This document shows, one piece after another, positions 20,631 to 33,060 of a DNA stretch of 64,000 nt (its first letter is position 1; every line of letters begins with the position of its first letter). The position numbers and the translations under genes were made by a program. Source of the stretch: Callorhinchus milii. Taxonomy: Eukaryota. The stretch spans positions 3,720,001 through 3,784,000 of the forward strand of contig NW_024704768.1 in NCBI RefSeq assembly GCF_018977255.1, read 5' to 3'. Below the pieces are notes generated by a model. The model was not told the origin of the DNA. It saw nothing but the letters and a program-made list of their open reading frames with translations, and did no database searches.

Positions 20631-23188
20631 GACCAGACCAGACGGCGAGTGAGCAGGTTTCTGTACAGATGTAAAGGAACTTCCTTACATGGGCCGAGTC
20701 GTGTGTGGGTTATTTTTTTTAAGAAAAAGACAGTGATAAAATCATAGGGCCAACAGTAAAATTATATTACGATCGGACAGAAAGGACAAGGAGGGTGGGG
20801 TGATGGGGTAGGGGAAAGCTGATGGGGGGGGGGGTCCGGGGTTGGGGGGGGGGAGAGGGAGAGGGAGAAATATTATTCAGTTCCTTTCATTTCAGAGTGT
20901 CGGTTATGTCAAATTCCTAACCACTGCTGCTATTTTGTTCTGGAAGTTTCTGCGGGCGTGCGGGGGTGGGGTGGGGGGGGGTATGCGAGATGTGGGGGGC
21001 AGTGGGAGTGTGGGAGTGGGGGCAGTGGTGGTGGTGGTGTGTGTGTGTGTGTGAGGGGGGAATAGTGGTGTTTGCGTGACAGTGTGGAGGGGGGAGACAG
21101 TGTGAGTGTGTGTGGGGGAGGGGGCAGTATGTGTGTGTGTGCGTGTGGGAGGGGGGCAGAGTGCATGTGTGGGAGGCAATGTGTGTGGGTGGGGTTAGTG
21201 TGTGGGTGGGGACAGTGTGTGGGTGGGGATAGTGTGTGGGTGGGGATAGTGTGTGGGTGGGGATAGTGTGTGGGTGTGAGAGGTGGGGGTTAGGTATGTG
21301 TATGTGACAGTGTACGTAACGGGGTGGGGGGGGGCGGTGGGGGTGTGGGGGAATACTGAGACCCCCTGAATTGCTACACAAACCGAATTTAAACCTTTCT
21401 ATCCGGTGCGGGATAATCTGGTGTTAGATTTGGGGGTCGGGGGGGGGTGGAGGGGGGGGGGGATAAGTCACTGAGCTCGGACCCCGAGATGGCTATGGCT
21501 GAATTTCCCTCCCCCACTCATAAACCTCCCTCCCCTCCCCCTCCCATATCGCTCCTTGTTTATTAACTACATTTTAACACAGAAACTATTCCGGAGATGG
21601 GGGCGAATAGGGGCAAATCCGGGACTGTTAAGGGTTCGCAAGTAGTTTCAGATCCCCCCCTCTTTTTTTTAGGGGTTTAGTTTCAGATCCCCCCCTCTTT
21701 TTTTAGGGGTGTAGTTTCAGATTCCCCCCTCTTTTTTTTAGGGGTGCGGATAGAGAAATTAACCCTCGGAGATTAAATTTGATCCCGATAATAATAATAT
21801 AATAATATTCCTGTTTTATCCCATTGTTGAGAGACGTCGCAAGTGTAGTTACTGTGGATTTTGTGGGCGAATAGGCGGCTGAGAGGGTTTTTTTTCCCCC
21901 CTTCCCCCCCCCCCCCAAAAAAAATTATTGATAATAAAAATATTTTTTATATTTAATTAAAACTAAATCACCCCCCAAAAAAAATTTAAGAAATAAATGG
22001 ACTTTTTTCGGATTTCGAAACAAACTCTGGTCCCAGACTGGAGTGCGATAAACTAAAGTCGGGTTTAGCTCATACNNNNNNNNNNNNNNNNNNNNNNNNN
22101 NNNNNNNNNNNNNNNNNNNNNNNNNNNNNNNNNNNNNNNNNNNNNNNNNNNNNNNNNNNNNNNNNNNNNNNNNNNNNNNNNNNNNNNNNNNNNNNNNNNN
22201 NNNNNNNNNNNNNNNNNNNNNNNNNNNNNNNNNNNNNNNNNNNNNNNNNNNNNNNNNNNNNNNNNNNNNNNNNNNNNNNNNNNNNNNNNNNNNNNNNNNN
22301 NNNNNNNNNNNNNNNNNNNNNNNNNNNNNNNNNNNNNNNNNNNNNNNNNNNNNNNNNNNNNNNNNNNNNNNNNNNNNNNNNNNNNNNNNNNNNNNNNNNN
22401 NNNNNNNNNNNNNNNNNNNNNNNNNNNNNNNNNNNNNNNNNNNNNNNNNNNNNNNNNNNNNNNNNNNNNNNNNNNNNNNNNNNNNNNNNNNNNNNNNNNN
22501 NNNNNNNNNNNNNNNNNNNNNNNNNNNNNNNNNACTACACACAGATACACAGACACAGACACACAGAGCCACACACACACACACACAGCTACACACACAC
22601 ATACCCAGGACTACACAGATACACACACACACAGACCCCCCCCCCCCCACACACACACACAGCTACATATACACATACCCAGGACTACACACAGATACAC
22701 AGACAGACAGACACACACACAGAGCTACACACACACAGCCACCTACAGACTACACACAGATACACACAGACAGACACACAGAGCCACACACACACACAGC
22801 TACACACACACATACCCAGGACTACACAGATACACACACACAGACACACAGAGCCACACACAGAACCACACACACACACACACACACACAGCTGCACACA
22901 CACATACCCAGGACTACACACAGATAAATACACAGGGTCACACACACAGTCACACACACACAAACACCCAGAGCTACACACACACACATACCCCAGAGCC
23001 ACCTACACAAACNNNNNNNNNNNNNNNNNNNNNNNNNNNNNNNNNNNNNNNNNNNNNNNNNNNNNNNNNNNNNNNNNNNNNNNNNNNNNNNNNNNNNNNN
23101 NNNNNNNNNNNNNNNNNNNNNNNNNNNNNNNNNNNNNNNNNNNNNNNNNNNNNNNNNNNNNNNNNNNNNNNNNNNNNNNNNNNNGTAC

Positions 23189-23360
23189 CTCGGGGTCGGG
23201 GCTGTGGCGGTGGCGGTGGCGGTGGACGGGACAGATCGGCGCCGGAAGGCGATGGGGAGTTGAGTGCGAGTTGTTGTTTGGAGAACGAAGAAGACGGAGA
23301 CGCGACGACTCACAGTGTCCGTCCGATCCGGGACTGTGATGGGGTTCCCGGGGGTCCGTG
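23189..23360 (-). other. NAB2: Probable NAB2 first (5' UTR) exon / CpG island
   Basis: CpG-rich unique sequence ending GAG|gtac next to an N gap, with a second possible donor ACT|gtgagt near 23313; lies head-to-head with NEMP1. Confidence 0.45.
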
Positions 23361-24568
23361 TGTCTGTGTCTCTCTCTCTCTGTGTCTCTCTCTCTCTCTC
23401 TCTCTCTGATTAGGGATTGTATCGATTTGTTGCCAAACGGTATCGATTTGGTTCCAAACGGTATCTCTTCGCTCTGCGATTGTATCGATTTGTTGCAAAA
23501 TTGTATCTATTGGCTCTGGGACTGTGTCTCTGTCNNNNNNNNNNNNNNNNNNNNNNNNNNNNNNNNNNNNNNNNNNNNNNNNNNNNNNNNNNNNNNNNNN
23601 NNNNNNNNNNNNNNNNNNNNNNNNNNNNNNNNNNNNNNNNNNNNNNNNNNNNNNNNNNNNNNNNNNNNNNNNNNNNNNNNNNNNNNNNNNNNNNNNNNNN
23701 NNNNNNNNNNNNNNNNNNNNNNNNNNNNNNNNNNNNNNNNNNNTGTGTNNNNNNNNNNNNNNNNNNNNNNNNNNNNNNNNNNNNNNNNNNNNNNNNNNNN
23801 NNNNNNNNNNNNNNNNNNNNNNNNNNNNNNNNNNNNNNNNNNNNNNNNNNNNNNNNNNNNNNNNNNNNNNNNNNNNNTTGTGTTGGCTCTAACGGCGGAG
23901 ATTCCCGGCTCGGTGTCGCCTCCCACGGGGGGCGGAGTGGGGGGAAAGGGGGGGGAAAGGGGGGGGGGGGGGGGGGAGTGGAGCTGAATATGACGCGTGT
24001 CCGTCCGTGGGAGGAGAATCGGGGGCGGAGAGAGGGGGGGGGGCGGCTCTCAGCCAAGTCAGCCCGACCCAAACCCAGGCTCAACCCCGGGGGGAGGTGT
24101 TCACACCCCCCCCCCCACCCCCCCACCCCACTATGCCCCCCCTCCCCCACTACCCCACAGCCACAGCCTCTCTGATCTCCTTCATTTTCTTCCTTGAATC
24201 AACCAAAAACATTCTATTTCACTTCATTCTGTGTCCCCACTTACCCATCCTCAGGCAGGAGTGGGTGTGGGGGGGGGATTTTCCCCCTAATGGTGGGTGG
24301 GGGGGAAATCCGCCATCCACCCCCACACAAACACACCAAACCCCCATTTTTTTAAAAAAAATTGAAACAAAATTGAAAAAAAGACCCTTCTCACCTCCCC
24401 AGCTCCTCGCCCCAACCCCCCCCCCCCATCACCTCCCCTCCCGCCACACTCATCGCCCGACGTACGCACTTCCTCCAAAGCGCTTCACGCCATACACCGC
24501 GGAGCGGAGTGACTGTGTATCTTGGGGCGAAACGCCAATCGCGCACAGCGGGGTCAATCCCCCCTTCC

Positions 24569-24599
<31 letters not shown>

Positions 24600-25669
24600 A
24601 CACATACACACACACAACCGTGGGTTGAAGCGACCGATTTATTATTACCGTTTTCTTTTTTAAGGGAATTAATGATTAGCCCAGGAATCCGATCCGACAG
24701 TCCGCGAACAGCCGGGTTCCTGCTCACTACAAGGAGTGCGGAGTAAGGAAACTTGGCTCAAGTGTCGCCCTCTGCCCGGGAATCGAACCTGGGTCCTCTC
24801 TCCTGTGAGGAGAGTGCTCTTAGCAACAGGACTCCACTTCCAGAATTCCTCTATATAAACCAGGATTAATCTGCCTTCACCCTGGCTCCTCTCTCTCCCC
24901 CCTTCCCCCCCCCCCCCCCTACACTCTTCTATCCTCGTCGTAATTGTCGGGATGACGTCTCAAAGCACTTGACTTGGCTGGTAGCCTGGCCCGGAGGGGG
25001 TTGGGTGTGTGCTGGGGCGGGCGGGCGGGTGGTGGTATGTGGGGTGGGGTGGGGTGGGGTGGAGCGCGCGGGGGGGTGGGGGGAAGGAAGGAGACAAAAA
25101 GTGTGGTTGCTGAGAGACTTTTCAGATGTTCAATCGATGCGAAACACAAGGTTATTATCAAGTTCTTTTTGGAAACGAAAGGCACTATACAAATGTAATT
25201 GTGCTGTTGATGTTGTTGTTGTTGTATCATGGCCGGTATCTGTCCATCTCCCCTTGTACCCACTCTCTACACTCTCCCCCCCCCCTCTCTCCCCCCCACC
25301 CCCCACCTCTCCCTCTCTTGTCTGAGGTTATCTTGTCTGAGGATGATCAGTGTTGTTTGTTTCTAAAACGAACGAGATAGATTTTTGCTCGAAAATAATA
25401 TCTGGGGGGTGGGGGTGGGGGGGGGGGGGGGGGCTACAGTGTATAGTTTGGGGACACGACACCTCAAGCGACAGCCAGGATGAAGGGCAGGAGGCGAACT
25501 AGATGGACCTTGGTCTTCTTTCGCTTCATAGCAAATTCTTATGTTCTTATGATGTTGGCGGGTGTGTGTGTGTCTGGGGGGGGGGGATGGGGGGGGGCGG
25601 GGAGGAAGGAGGAAGCATTAGCAGGGTTGAACCCTGTCCAATCCACCCCCTCAAATCTCACCAGTTCCT

Positions 25670-26060
25670 TCCCTTTCCCTCCGCACAATAAACTCCAGCT
25701 GCTGCTCTGCTCTGCACTGACCCGCAGGCTGTTACCATTAACGTGTGTTTCAGTTTCCTCGCGCTCGTCTTCAAATCCCTTCGCGCCCTTCCAACTCCCT
25801 ACCACTCCCACCTGCTCACTCCCCCAACCCACTCCCCGCAGCTTCCGCTTGACTGGCTCCGGCCTCCTGCTTGTCCCTCGTATCAAAACCAAGGTTGTCC
25901 CGTCGTCGGTGGCCGCACTTTCAGCCACTGCTCTTGTCGCTCTCACCCTCAATCCCTCCGCCTTCCCTCCTCTCTCTCCTTCCTCTTCGACCGTGCCTAC
26001 GGTCACCTCCCCCTGGCCCCCCCCGACTCCACCTCTGTCTGGGACGCTGCGTCAATACAA
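25670..26060 (+). mobile_element. L2-like LINE 3' fragment
   Basis: TCAGCCACT...CCTCTTCGACCGTGCCTACGGTCACC tail; related copies at ~12870-13030, ~16750-16980, ~17600-17880, and reversed at ~13150-13380, ~43760-43980, ~51430-51720, ~55200-55430, ~58300-58620. Confidence 0.65.
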
Positions 26061-26856
26061 ATAATTAATAATACAGAGGTTAAAATAATTATCCTTCAGC
26101 CCTTCTGATTTGAGCTTTACGACTATCTGAACAGGCACAGACAGGGAGCCTGGTTTAATAATAATAATAATTAATAACCCTTGTATTTGATGTAATGCCT
26201 TATCACGTCTTCGAGACGTCTCAAAGCGCTTCACAGAATGTACTGTAAAGTGTAGTGACTGTATATTTTGTGGGCGAAACGCGGTAGCGCACAGCAGTGT
26301 CCCCACAAACACTCGTGGATTGAGCGACCAAATTATTATTTTAATGTATTTTTAAGGGATTATTGTTATCTTATCCGAAAGACGTAACCTCCGACAATAT
26401 GGGGACACCCTCCCACCCCTCATACCCCCCCGACACTTTGCTGGAGCATCAGTACAGACTGTGAGTTCATTGTTGCCGATGTGTGGGTGGGGTGAGGTCA
26501 GTCTGGGGGGGGGTGGGGGAGAAGGTGCTCGACCCTGCAAACATCTGACCCCAGAGGCGAGAGCATGAGTGTATAAGCCACAACCTTAAGTTGAAGCTGA
26601 ACTCGGTTACATACAACAAGAGAAACAATGGAGCCGGTCACACACATACACACAGTCACAGACACACAGACACAGACACACACACACACACACACACACA
26701 GCAAAGGAAGCAATAAACAGAACAATTAAAGCGAATTAACATTCGCATTGTGTTTGGGATTCTAAATTTAGCGTCGCAGGTCTCATCTCCCTGATATATT
26801 CCAGCGACAGGCTATTTCCGGAAGATCTATGATAACTCTCCCTCCTGCTCCACACA

Positions 26857-26889
<33 letters not shown>

Positions 26890-27469
26890 CCACTCTGTGA
26901 CGTGATCCTCACCGCCCACGGCCCTCCGGGCGACGCTACTCATTTGTGGACGTTGAGCTGTCTTCAGCCGCCCACTCGCTTCTTTCAAGGGACCAAACCG
27001 GGGCCCGGAGCAGAAACTCGTTCATTACCCAACTTGGGCCGCGTAAAGGTTTCAAAGCACGAGATCTGTGAAGCATAATACGCTGTTTCACTTAATCGTT
27101 TAAAACCGTGTCCTTCCCGTCTGCGTTGGGGCTCAGTAACCGGCGCGGCTCAGTCAGGAGTCCTATCCACAACAGCCCTTCGCATTTGATCACGTCCTCG
27201 AGACGGCTCAGAGCGCCTCGCGGGGCATGCGCCGTAAAGTGTAGTGACTGTGCGTTTAGCGGCGCGGATTGAAGCGGCCAAACCGTCGCCGTCGGCGTTT
27301 TTTTTTTTGCCGGCGATTTTTTTTCTCTTCTTTTTTTTTCTCTCTCTCTCTTGCGTTGATACACACCGCCCGGAAAACGCACAGTCACTACACTTCACGG
27401 CGGGATTGGGACCCTTTGATCCTCTGATGGGTCAAATCCGAGGGTTATTATTGTTGTTATTGATGATTC

Positions 27470-27930
27470 TGCAGCTGTCAATCAGACATCCCGCCCCCTC
27501 CCCTCCCCCCGCCTCGCGATTGGGCGATTGGCCGCTGATTGGCGTTCACGGCGACCAATCAGAACCCGCTGACTGCCCGCACGGGAGGGGGCGTGGTGGG
27601 ACGGCGGTGGCGTCCGCTGATTGGTCGCAGCGGCTGTCAGTCAAACCGAGGGGCGCCGCCCACGGCTGCTCAGGAGCTCGCCCCGCCCCGCCCAGGTCAC
27701 GCTCCCATTGGCCGAGGCGGATCCCAGTCGAGGTCCGGGGCAAGCGCTGATTGGTGCACGGTGCTGTCAGTCAGGGCGTGGAGTCCCCGCCCTGCGAAGG
27801 GGCAGCCGCTGATTGGCGAAGTGCGCGGTCAGTCAGGGCGTGAAAGCCCCGCCCTGCGAGGGGCAGCCGCTGATTGGCGGACGGCGCTGTCGGTCAGGGA
27901 GCCGAGCCCCCGCCCCCCCGCAGCCAATGG
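27470..27930 (+). promoter_or_regulatory. NEMP1 CpG-island promoter (copy 1) with about 10 CCAAT boxes
   Basis: Repeated GCTGATTGG, CTGTCA(A/G)TCA and CCCGCCC motifs directly upstream of the ATG. Confidence 0.8.
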
Positions 27931-28038
27931 CGGGAGGGATGAATGGCCGCCGCGGGCTGGTGGCTCCGGGCCCGGGTTGGGCGCTGTACGCGGCGGCCTG
28001 GCTTTCAGGCCTGGTCCTGGCTCAGGCCGCGGCCTCAG
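27927..28038 (+). CDS. NEMP1: NEMP1 exon 1 (signal peptide), copy 1
   Basis: MAGGMNGRRGLVAPGPGWALYAAAWLSGLVLAQAAAS, G|gtaacg; mammalian NEMP1 also begins MAGGM. Confidence 0.85.
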
Positions 28039-28756
28039 GTAACGACGGTCTCTCCTCCCTCCCTCCCTCCCTCCCCGCCGGGCCGGGCCGGGCCCGGGCT
28101 TCCCCCCTTTCCCTCTCTGCCCCCAACCCGAGCCCCAGGCTTCAGGAGGTCTCCGAGGCCCGGCCCCTGTCTGCAACATCAGCCCCAATCATTACCATTA
28201 TAATCAATAATAATAATAATAATCAATAATAATAATCTTCGAGACGCCTCACATTCCGTGTTGAACTGAGACCTAAGATTCCCCCCATCCACACCCCCCC
28301 CTCCCACAGCACAGCCCCCACCCCCACAGCACACACCACTCACCCCCCCCACAGTACACCCCCCCCCCACAGTACATTCCCCCCCCACAGTACACCCCCC
28401 CCACAGTACACACACCCCCCCCACAGTACACACCACACACCCCCCCACAGTACACCCCCTACAACACACACCACACCCCCCGCCACAGAACACAACACTC
28501 ACACCCCCCCCACAGTACACCCCCTACAACACCCCCCCCCCACAGTACACACCCCCACAGCACACAACCACACAACAACAACAAGATTCCATTTATAAAG
28601 CGCCTTTCACGTCAGGAGGACGTCCCGAGGCGCTGACACACCCCCCCACACCGCACAGCACAGCCACCCCCACGGCACCCCCCCCCCCCACTCCACACAC
28701 ACCACACCCCCTTGGAATAATTTACTCCTTCGAATCATAACATAACATAATATTTT

Positions 28757-28845
28757 GCAGTCCTGTAGCTCAGTGGTTAGAGCACTGACCTCACCAGCGG
28801 GACACCAGGCAGGTGGGCGAGTTTCCTTACTCCACACACACAGCC

Positions 28846-28876
<31 letters not shown>

Positions 28877-29080
28877 CCCCTCCAAAACAAAACAGTAATA
28901 AATTGGTCATTTTCAATCCACGGCTGTTTGTGGGGCAGACGCTGCTGTGAGCAATCGGCCGCCGCGTTTCTCCCACAAATATACGGTCAATTCACTGTAC
29001 AGTCTGTTCCGTGAAGCGCTTTGAGACGTCGAGAAGACGTGAAAAGCGCTATATCAAATGCGAGGATTACTATTGTTGTT
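28757..29080 (+). mobile_element. tRNA-derived SINE in NEMP1 intron 1 (duplicate at ~38217-38540)
   Basis: GTCCTGTAGCTCAGTGGTTAGAGCACT head, family body, GGATTACTATT tail. Confidence 0.85.
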
Positions 29081-29946
29081 GTTGTACCGTAATAGCAGTG
29101 ATTAATCAGTATTGCCTGAAAGGCTGGTGGAAAAGGATTTGATATCACAAGTTTTAAGGGAGAATTATTTGGGGAGGACAAGTTTGCGGGGCTATTGGGG
29201 GGAGAGAGAGGGAGGGGGGGGGGGAATGAGAGAGGGGGAGTGGGGTTGATTTGGAAGCTCTATTCAAAGAGCGGCACAGACACGATGGGCCGAATGACCA
29301 CCTTCTGTGCCGTATAATTCTATAATTCTGTTCACAGTAAACTCCTGATCAGCTCCAAGGCAAAAGGGGCTTTTTTGGGGGGGAACGGTGGGGGGGGGGG
29401 GGGGAAATGGCCAACCCTGTGTCTTGACACGCGTGCGGAGACCCATCATCACCGTTGCTTAAGAATTTCCAGACCCGGCTGAGAACTCACGCTGAAAGTT
29501 CCCAGAGATAGATTGTCGGAAAGGAATGCCCTCTCTCTCCCTCCCTGGTGACCTGATTCCGGAGAGTATTAGGCGCAGGTTGGCAGGAGCCAAGGGCTTG
29601 GGGTGGGGTGGTTGGGAATCCCAGAGTGTGCGTTAGGGGGTAACTGCTGGAGTCTGACCAGATAAAACCACGTAGGTTGGCCATTGAGAGAGCGAGAGCG
29701 CCGTCTGGCCAAAGCTTTCCCGCTGCTTGGACCACCCTCCCCGTTGGGGCTTTCACTCGCAGGGTTAAAGAGGAGGATTAACGGGAGTCATCAGGACTGG
29801 CGGCCGGTATACTGACAGCAGGATGACTTAGGCAGCGCTGACGCGTTAAGACGGGGCGCAGCGATCGGGGGGGGGGGGTTCACTGGAGCTCATCGGTCGG
29901 GGTTCAGTTCGCGGCTTAATTTGCGACCGTTGCTTTCGTGCTGCAG

Positions 29947-30059
29947 GAGGGAGCGCGTCGATCGTGGAGGATGTCGTCTACCAGTATTTTGGGGCAAAGA
30001 GCTTTTGCTACAAAAACACCCTGGTGCCCGGATGGAGAGAGATCTGGACTCGGTTACGG
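29947..30059 (+). CDS. NEMP1: NEMP1 exon 2, copy 1
   Basis: cag|GA..CGG|gtgaga, 113 bp; KSFCYKNTLVPGWREIWTRLR, compare FCYTNVLIPKWHDIWTRIQ. Confidence 0.9.
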
Positions 30060-30257
30060 GTGAGACTGGGGAGGTCACCCCCCCCCCCCCCCACCCCCTT
30101 CCTCTGGTTCGGGGTCATGCTCCGCCACAGGCAAGAGTCCTGGGCCGCTCCCCTACGCGAGGGGCGCTGTGTAAATACAAGCCGTTGTCGGTGTGACTTG
30201 GGTGGGGGGCGCGTGGGAGGGTGGGGGTGGGGCTCAGTAAGCATGCCTTGTACTCTA

Positions 30258-30271
30258 GCGCCCTCTAGTGG
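30258..30271 (-). promoter_or_regulatory. CTCF motif in NEMP1 intron 2 (duplicate at 39737-39750)
   Basis: GCGCCCTCTAGTGG is the reverse complement of CCACTAGAGGGCGC, a near-perfect CTCF core. Confidence 0.7.
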
Positions 30272-30385
30272 AAGGAAGCAGTTACTGCAACCCACTACTC
30301 CCACCCCTTCACTTTTGACACCATAAATAAATAACTGGATCGATTGATTTGATGATCAAATCTATCGATAATCAGATCTTTCTCG

Positions 30386-30422
<37 letters not shown>

Positions 30423-30427
30423 CCCAG

Positions 30428-30650
30428 ATCCGAGTGAACAGCTCCCAGGAGTTTAAAGTGAAGGAGTCGGAGGATGTGACACAGCTGCAAAGCCCCGGGG
30501 TCTGGGGTTGGTTCACGGAGGTGGTGTCGTTGATGTTGAAGGAGAGAGTCAACGAAACCCACATCAACGTCGACCTGTTCAGCAGCAAAACCTGCTTCAG
30601 AGTGGAGCCGAACAACGCGAGCGCGGTGTATCGTGTGCTGCTGGCACGCC
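30428..30650 (+). CDS. NEMP1: NEMP1 exon 3, copy 1
   Basis: cag|ATC..C|gtgagt, 223 bp; IRVNSSQEF..KERVNETHINVDLFSSKTCFRVE. Confidence 0.9.
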
Positions 30651-31367
30651 GTGAGTTTCCTGTCAGTAAGATACCGGAGATGATCCCCTTTAAGAGGTTT
30701 CATGCCCTGCGATTGAAAGGGGGCGCGGGGGGGGGGTGAATTCAGAACCGATCTGGGGAAACACTACTGTGAGGGAGGGTTAAACGTATGGAACAGGCTC
30801 CAGCAGAGAGAGTTGATTCTTTCAAAAGCAAAATGAGATGAATTTTAGGATATTTTGAAATAATCTCTGGGGATTACAGTGTATAGTTCTGGACAGGACA
30901 TGTGTAGGTGACTGCTAGAATGGTGGAAAGCGAACTGGATGGACCTTGGTCTTTCGTCTCGCAATTCTCACGCGTTCTGCGTTTCCTGCAGTTGTGTGTC
31001 ATTGAGCATAGGACACTGGTGCAAACAAATGCACACGCACATTCCCTCCTCCTGTGCTCCATCCTAGCCTCTATCCTGATCCCATTAGCTGGTGTTCTGT
31101 GCCTCAACTCCTTGTACAAAGTGGCCTCTGTTGTTCAGATCAATACCATCTCTGTAAAGCGCTTTGAGATGCCTCCTGTGTCAAGTGCTGCAGGAACAGG
31201 AGTAAGCCTGTTTCGCGCCATTCTGTTAGATCAAGGCTGATCTGTGCCTCAACTCCAATTACCCACCTTTGCCCCGTATCCCTTAATACCCTGACCTAAC
31301 GAAACATCAATCCATTTCGGTCTTGAAAATGTGAATGGATCCAAGCAAAACCCACAGCCTTTTAGGG

Positions 31368-31398
<31 letters not shown>

Positions 31399-31879
31399 TT
31401 CCAGATTTCCGCTACCCAGTATAAGCGCAAGTAGCTGATTGAATTTGCCTTTAGTTTCACAATATGGGCATCTTTCTTGCTTTGGAATTGAACAGTGTCT
31501 CACTTGTTAGGACACAAGTGAAGACGTCATATATGCACAAATGCAGCTCTTCGTACTTAAGGCCTCTGCTTAAACGTCTTGCTAGAAATTAGACGTTGAG
31601 CTGTCTCAGCACAGACTCAGCCTGGAACCTTGTCACTGTGCCTCAGCCACTCACTGGATATACCCTCTGATCTGAGGAGGGGGAGAGGAGAACGCCTTTA
31701 ATTCCTTTTGGTGTGTCCCTCAGTTGGATTAAGAGAGGCAATTGCTGACCTTTGCAGCCACCGCCACACGCTTTGTCCATCGAGCGAGTTGGTAGCCGTG
31801 TTCAGCTGTGTGTTGCCGTGCCTTGTGGCTGTGAGGGATTCTCGGAGCTAATGTGTGCTGCTCTCTCTCTGGTTTACAG

Positions 31880-31952
31880 GCTTTGATCCGCAACTCATTG
31901 CCATCTTTGTCTGTGGGTTGTTGCTGTTTTTCTACGCCGAAGCTTTAAGCAG
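31880..31952 (+). CDS. NEMP1: NEMP1 exon 4, copy 1
   Basis: tacag|GC..AG|gtgagg, 73 bp; FDPQLIAIFVCGLLLFFYAEALSR. Confidence 0.9.
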
Positions 31953-32257
31953 GTGAGGTTAGACTAATAATAAAAATAATCATTGCATTTGACATAGTGC
32001 CTTATCGCGTCTCTGAGACGTCTCAAATTGCCTCACATGATATACTATAAAGTGTAGTGACTGTGTAGTTTGTGGTGAAGGAAATTTTGACACGGTCCCT
32101 GATGACCCTCCCCCTCTCTCCCGCCACCTTCCCCCCCCCCCTTCCCACCCCCTCCCTTCCCGCCCCACCACCTGCCCCCCGAAGAAAATAACTAGTCTTT
32201 GGGGTGGGGGAGGAAGAATCCAGTGGCCTTCAATCTTGAATCTATCTTTCCCTTCAG

Positions 32258-32351
32258 GAGCCAGCTTTTCTTCTACACCTCAGGAATCAGTGTGGGAATA
32301 TTGGCCTCCCTCATCATTGTCATCTTTATCCTGTCACGCCTTCTGCCCAAG
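32258..32351 (+). CDS. NEMP1: NEMP1 exon 5, copy 1
   Basis: ttcag|G..AAG|gtacgt, 94 bp; [31 protein letters not shown]. Confidence 0.9.
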
Positions 32352-32483
32352 GTACGTGTGATCGTTGGTTGTTTCCTCTGTTCGGAGCAGAGAAAGGGAG
32401 GTTGTGCATCTGTTCAGTTCCACTCGTCACCTTTTAATGAGAAACACCTTTGCTGACTCACTCTCTCCCCCCCCGCCTTTCAG

Positions 32484-32598
32484 AAAAGCTCGCTGTACCT
32501 GCTGATAGCTGGCGGCTGGTCTCTCTCGCTCTACCTAATCCAGGTCACACTGAGGAACCTGCACTTTCTGCTACGGGAGCATTGGCAGTACGTGTTGG
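32484..32598 (+). CDS. NEMP1: NEMP1 exon 6, copy 1
   Basis: ttcag|AAA..G|gtgagt, 115 bp; KSSLYLLIAGGWSLSLYLIQVTLRNLHFLLREHWQYVL. Confidence 0.9.
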
Positions 32599-32783
32599 GT
32601 GAGTTGATCCCAAATAATAATAAGGCGCTGGATCCAATGCGAGGATGATTATTGCGCTTTCGAGACGTCTCAAAGCGCTTCACAGGATACACTGCAAAGT
32701 GGAGTGACTGTATATTTTGTGGGGCGAAACGCGGCAGCCAATTGCACCCAGCGACGTCTCGACAAACAGCCGTGGATTGAAAG

Positions 32784-32873
32784 GACGACCTGGACCCATT
32801 CAAAGTGCTGGGCCTCGAGGTGACGGCCACCGACGCCGAACTGAAAAAAGCCTATCGACAACTGGCCATCCTG
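32784..32873 (+). CDS. DNAJC14: DNAJC14 J-domain start: 3' end of the large exon, 5'-truncated and displaced
   Basis: DDLDPFKVLGLEVTATDAELKKAYRQLAIL|gtaag; abuts a SINE with an in-frame TGA at 32778. Confidence 0.85.
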
Positions 32874-33060
32874 GTAAGGAAACTTGCCGAAGGTCTCACC
32901 CCGTCTGGGACTCGAACCCGGGTCCTCTCGCTTGAGAGGCGAAGGCTCTAACCACTGAGCTACGGGACACTAATGGGAGGCCCAGGGTCCGTGGTGATCG
33001 GAGGAAGAATGGGGCGGAGAGGTTTGTTGTGTCTCAAACGCAGTGGCTTTGTGTCTGCAG

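Larger units (their letters stand above)
24475..32781 (+). repeat. Segmental duplication copy 1 (~8.3 kb; NEMP1 promoter and exons 1-6)
   Basis: Near-identical to 33779-42259; differences are mostly homopolymer and microsatellite lengths plus a few SNPs. Confidence 0.95.

Noticed and set aside
25480-26108. 185-194 aa ORFs in both duplicate copies
   Set aside because: They overlap a decayed L2-like LINE 3' fragment repeated many times in the window
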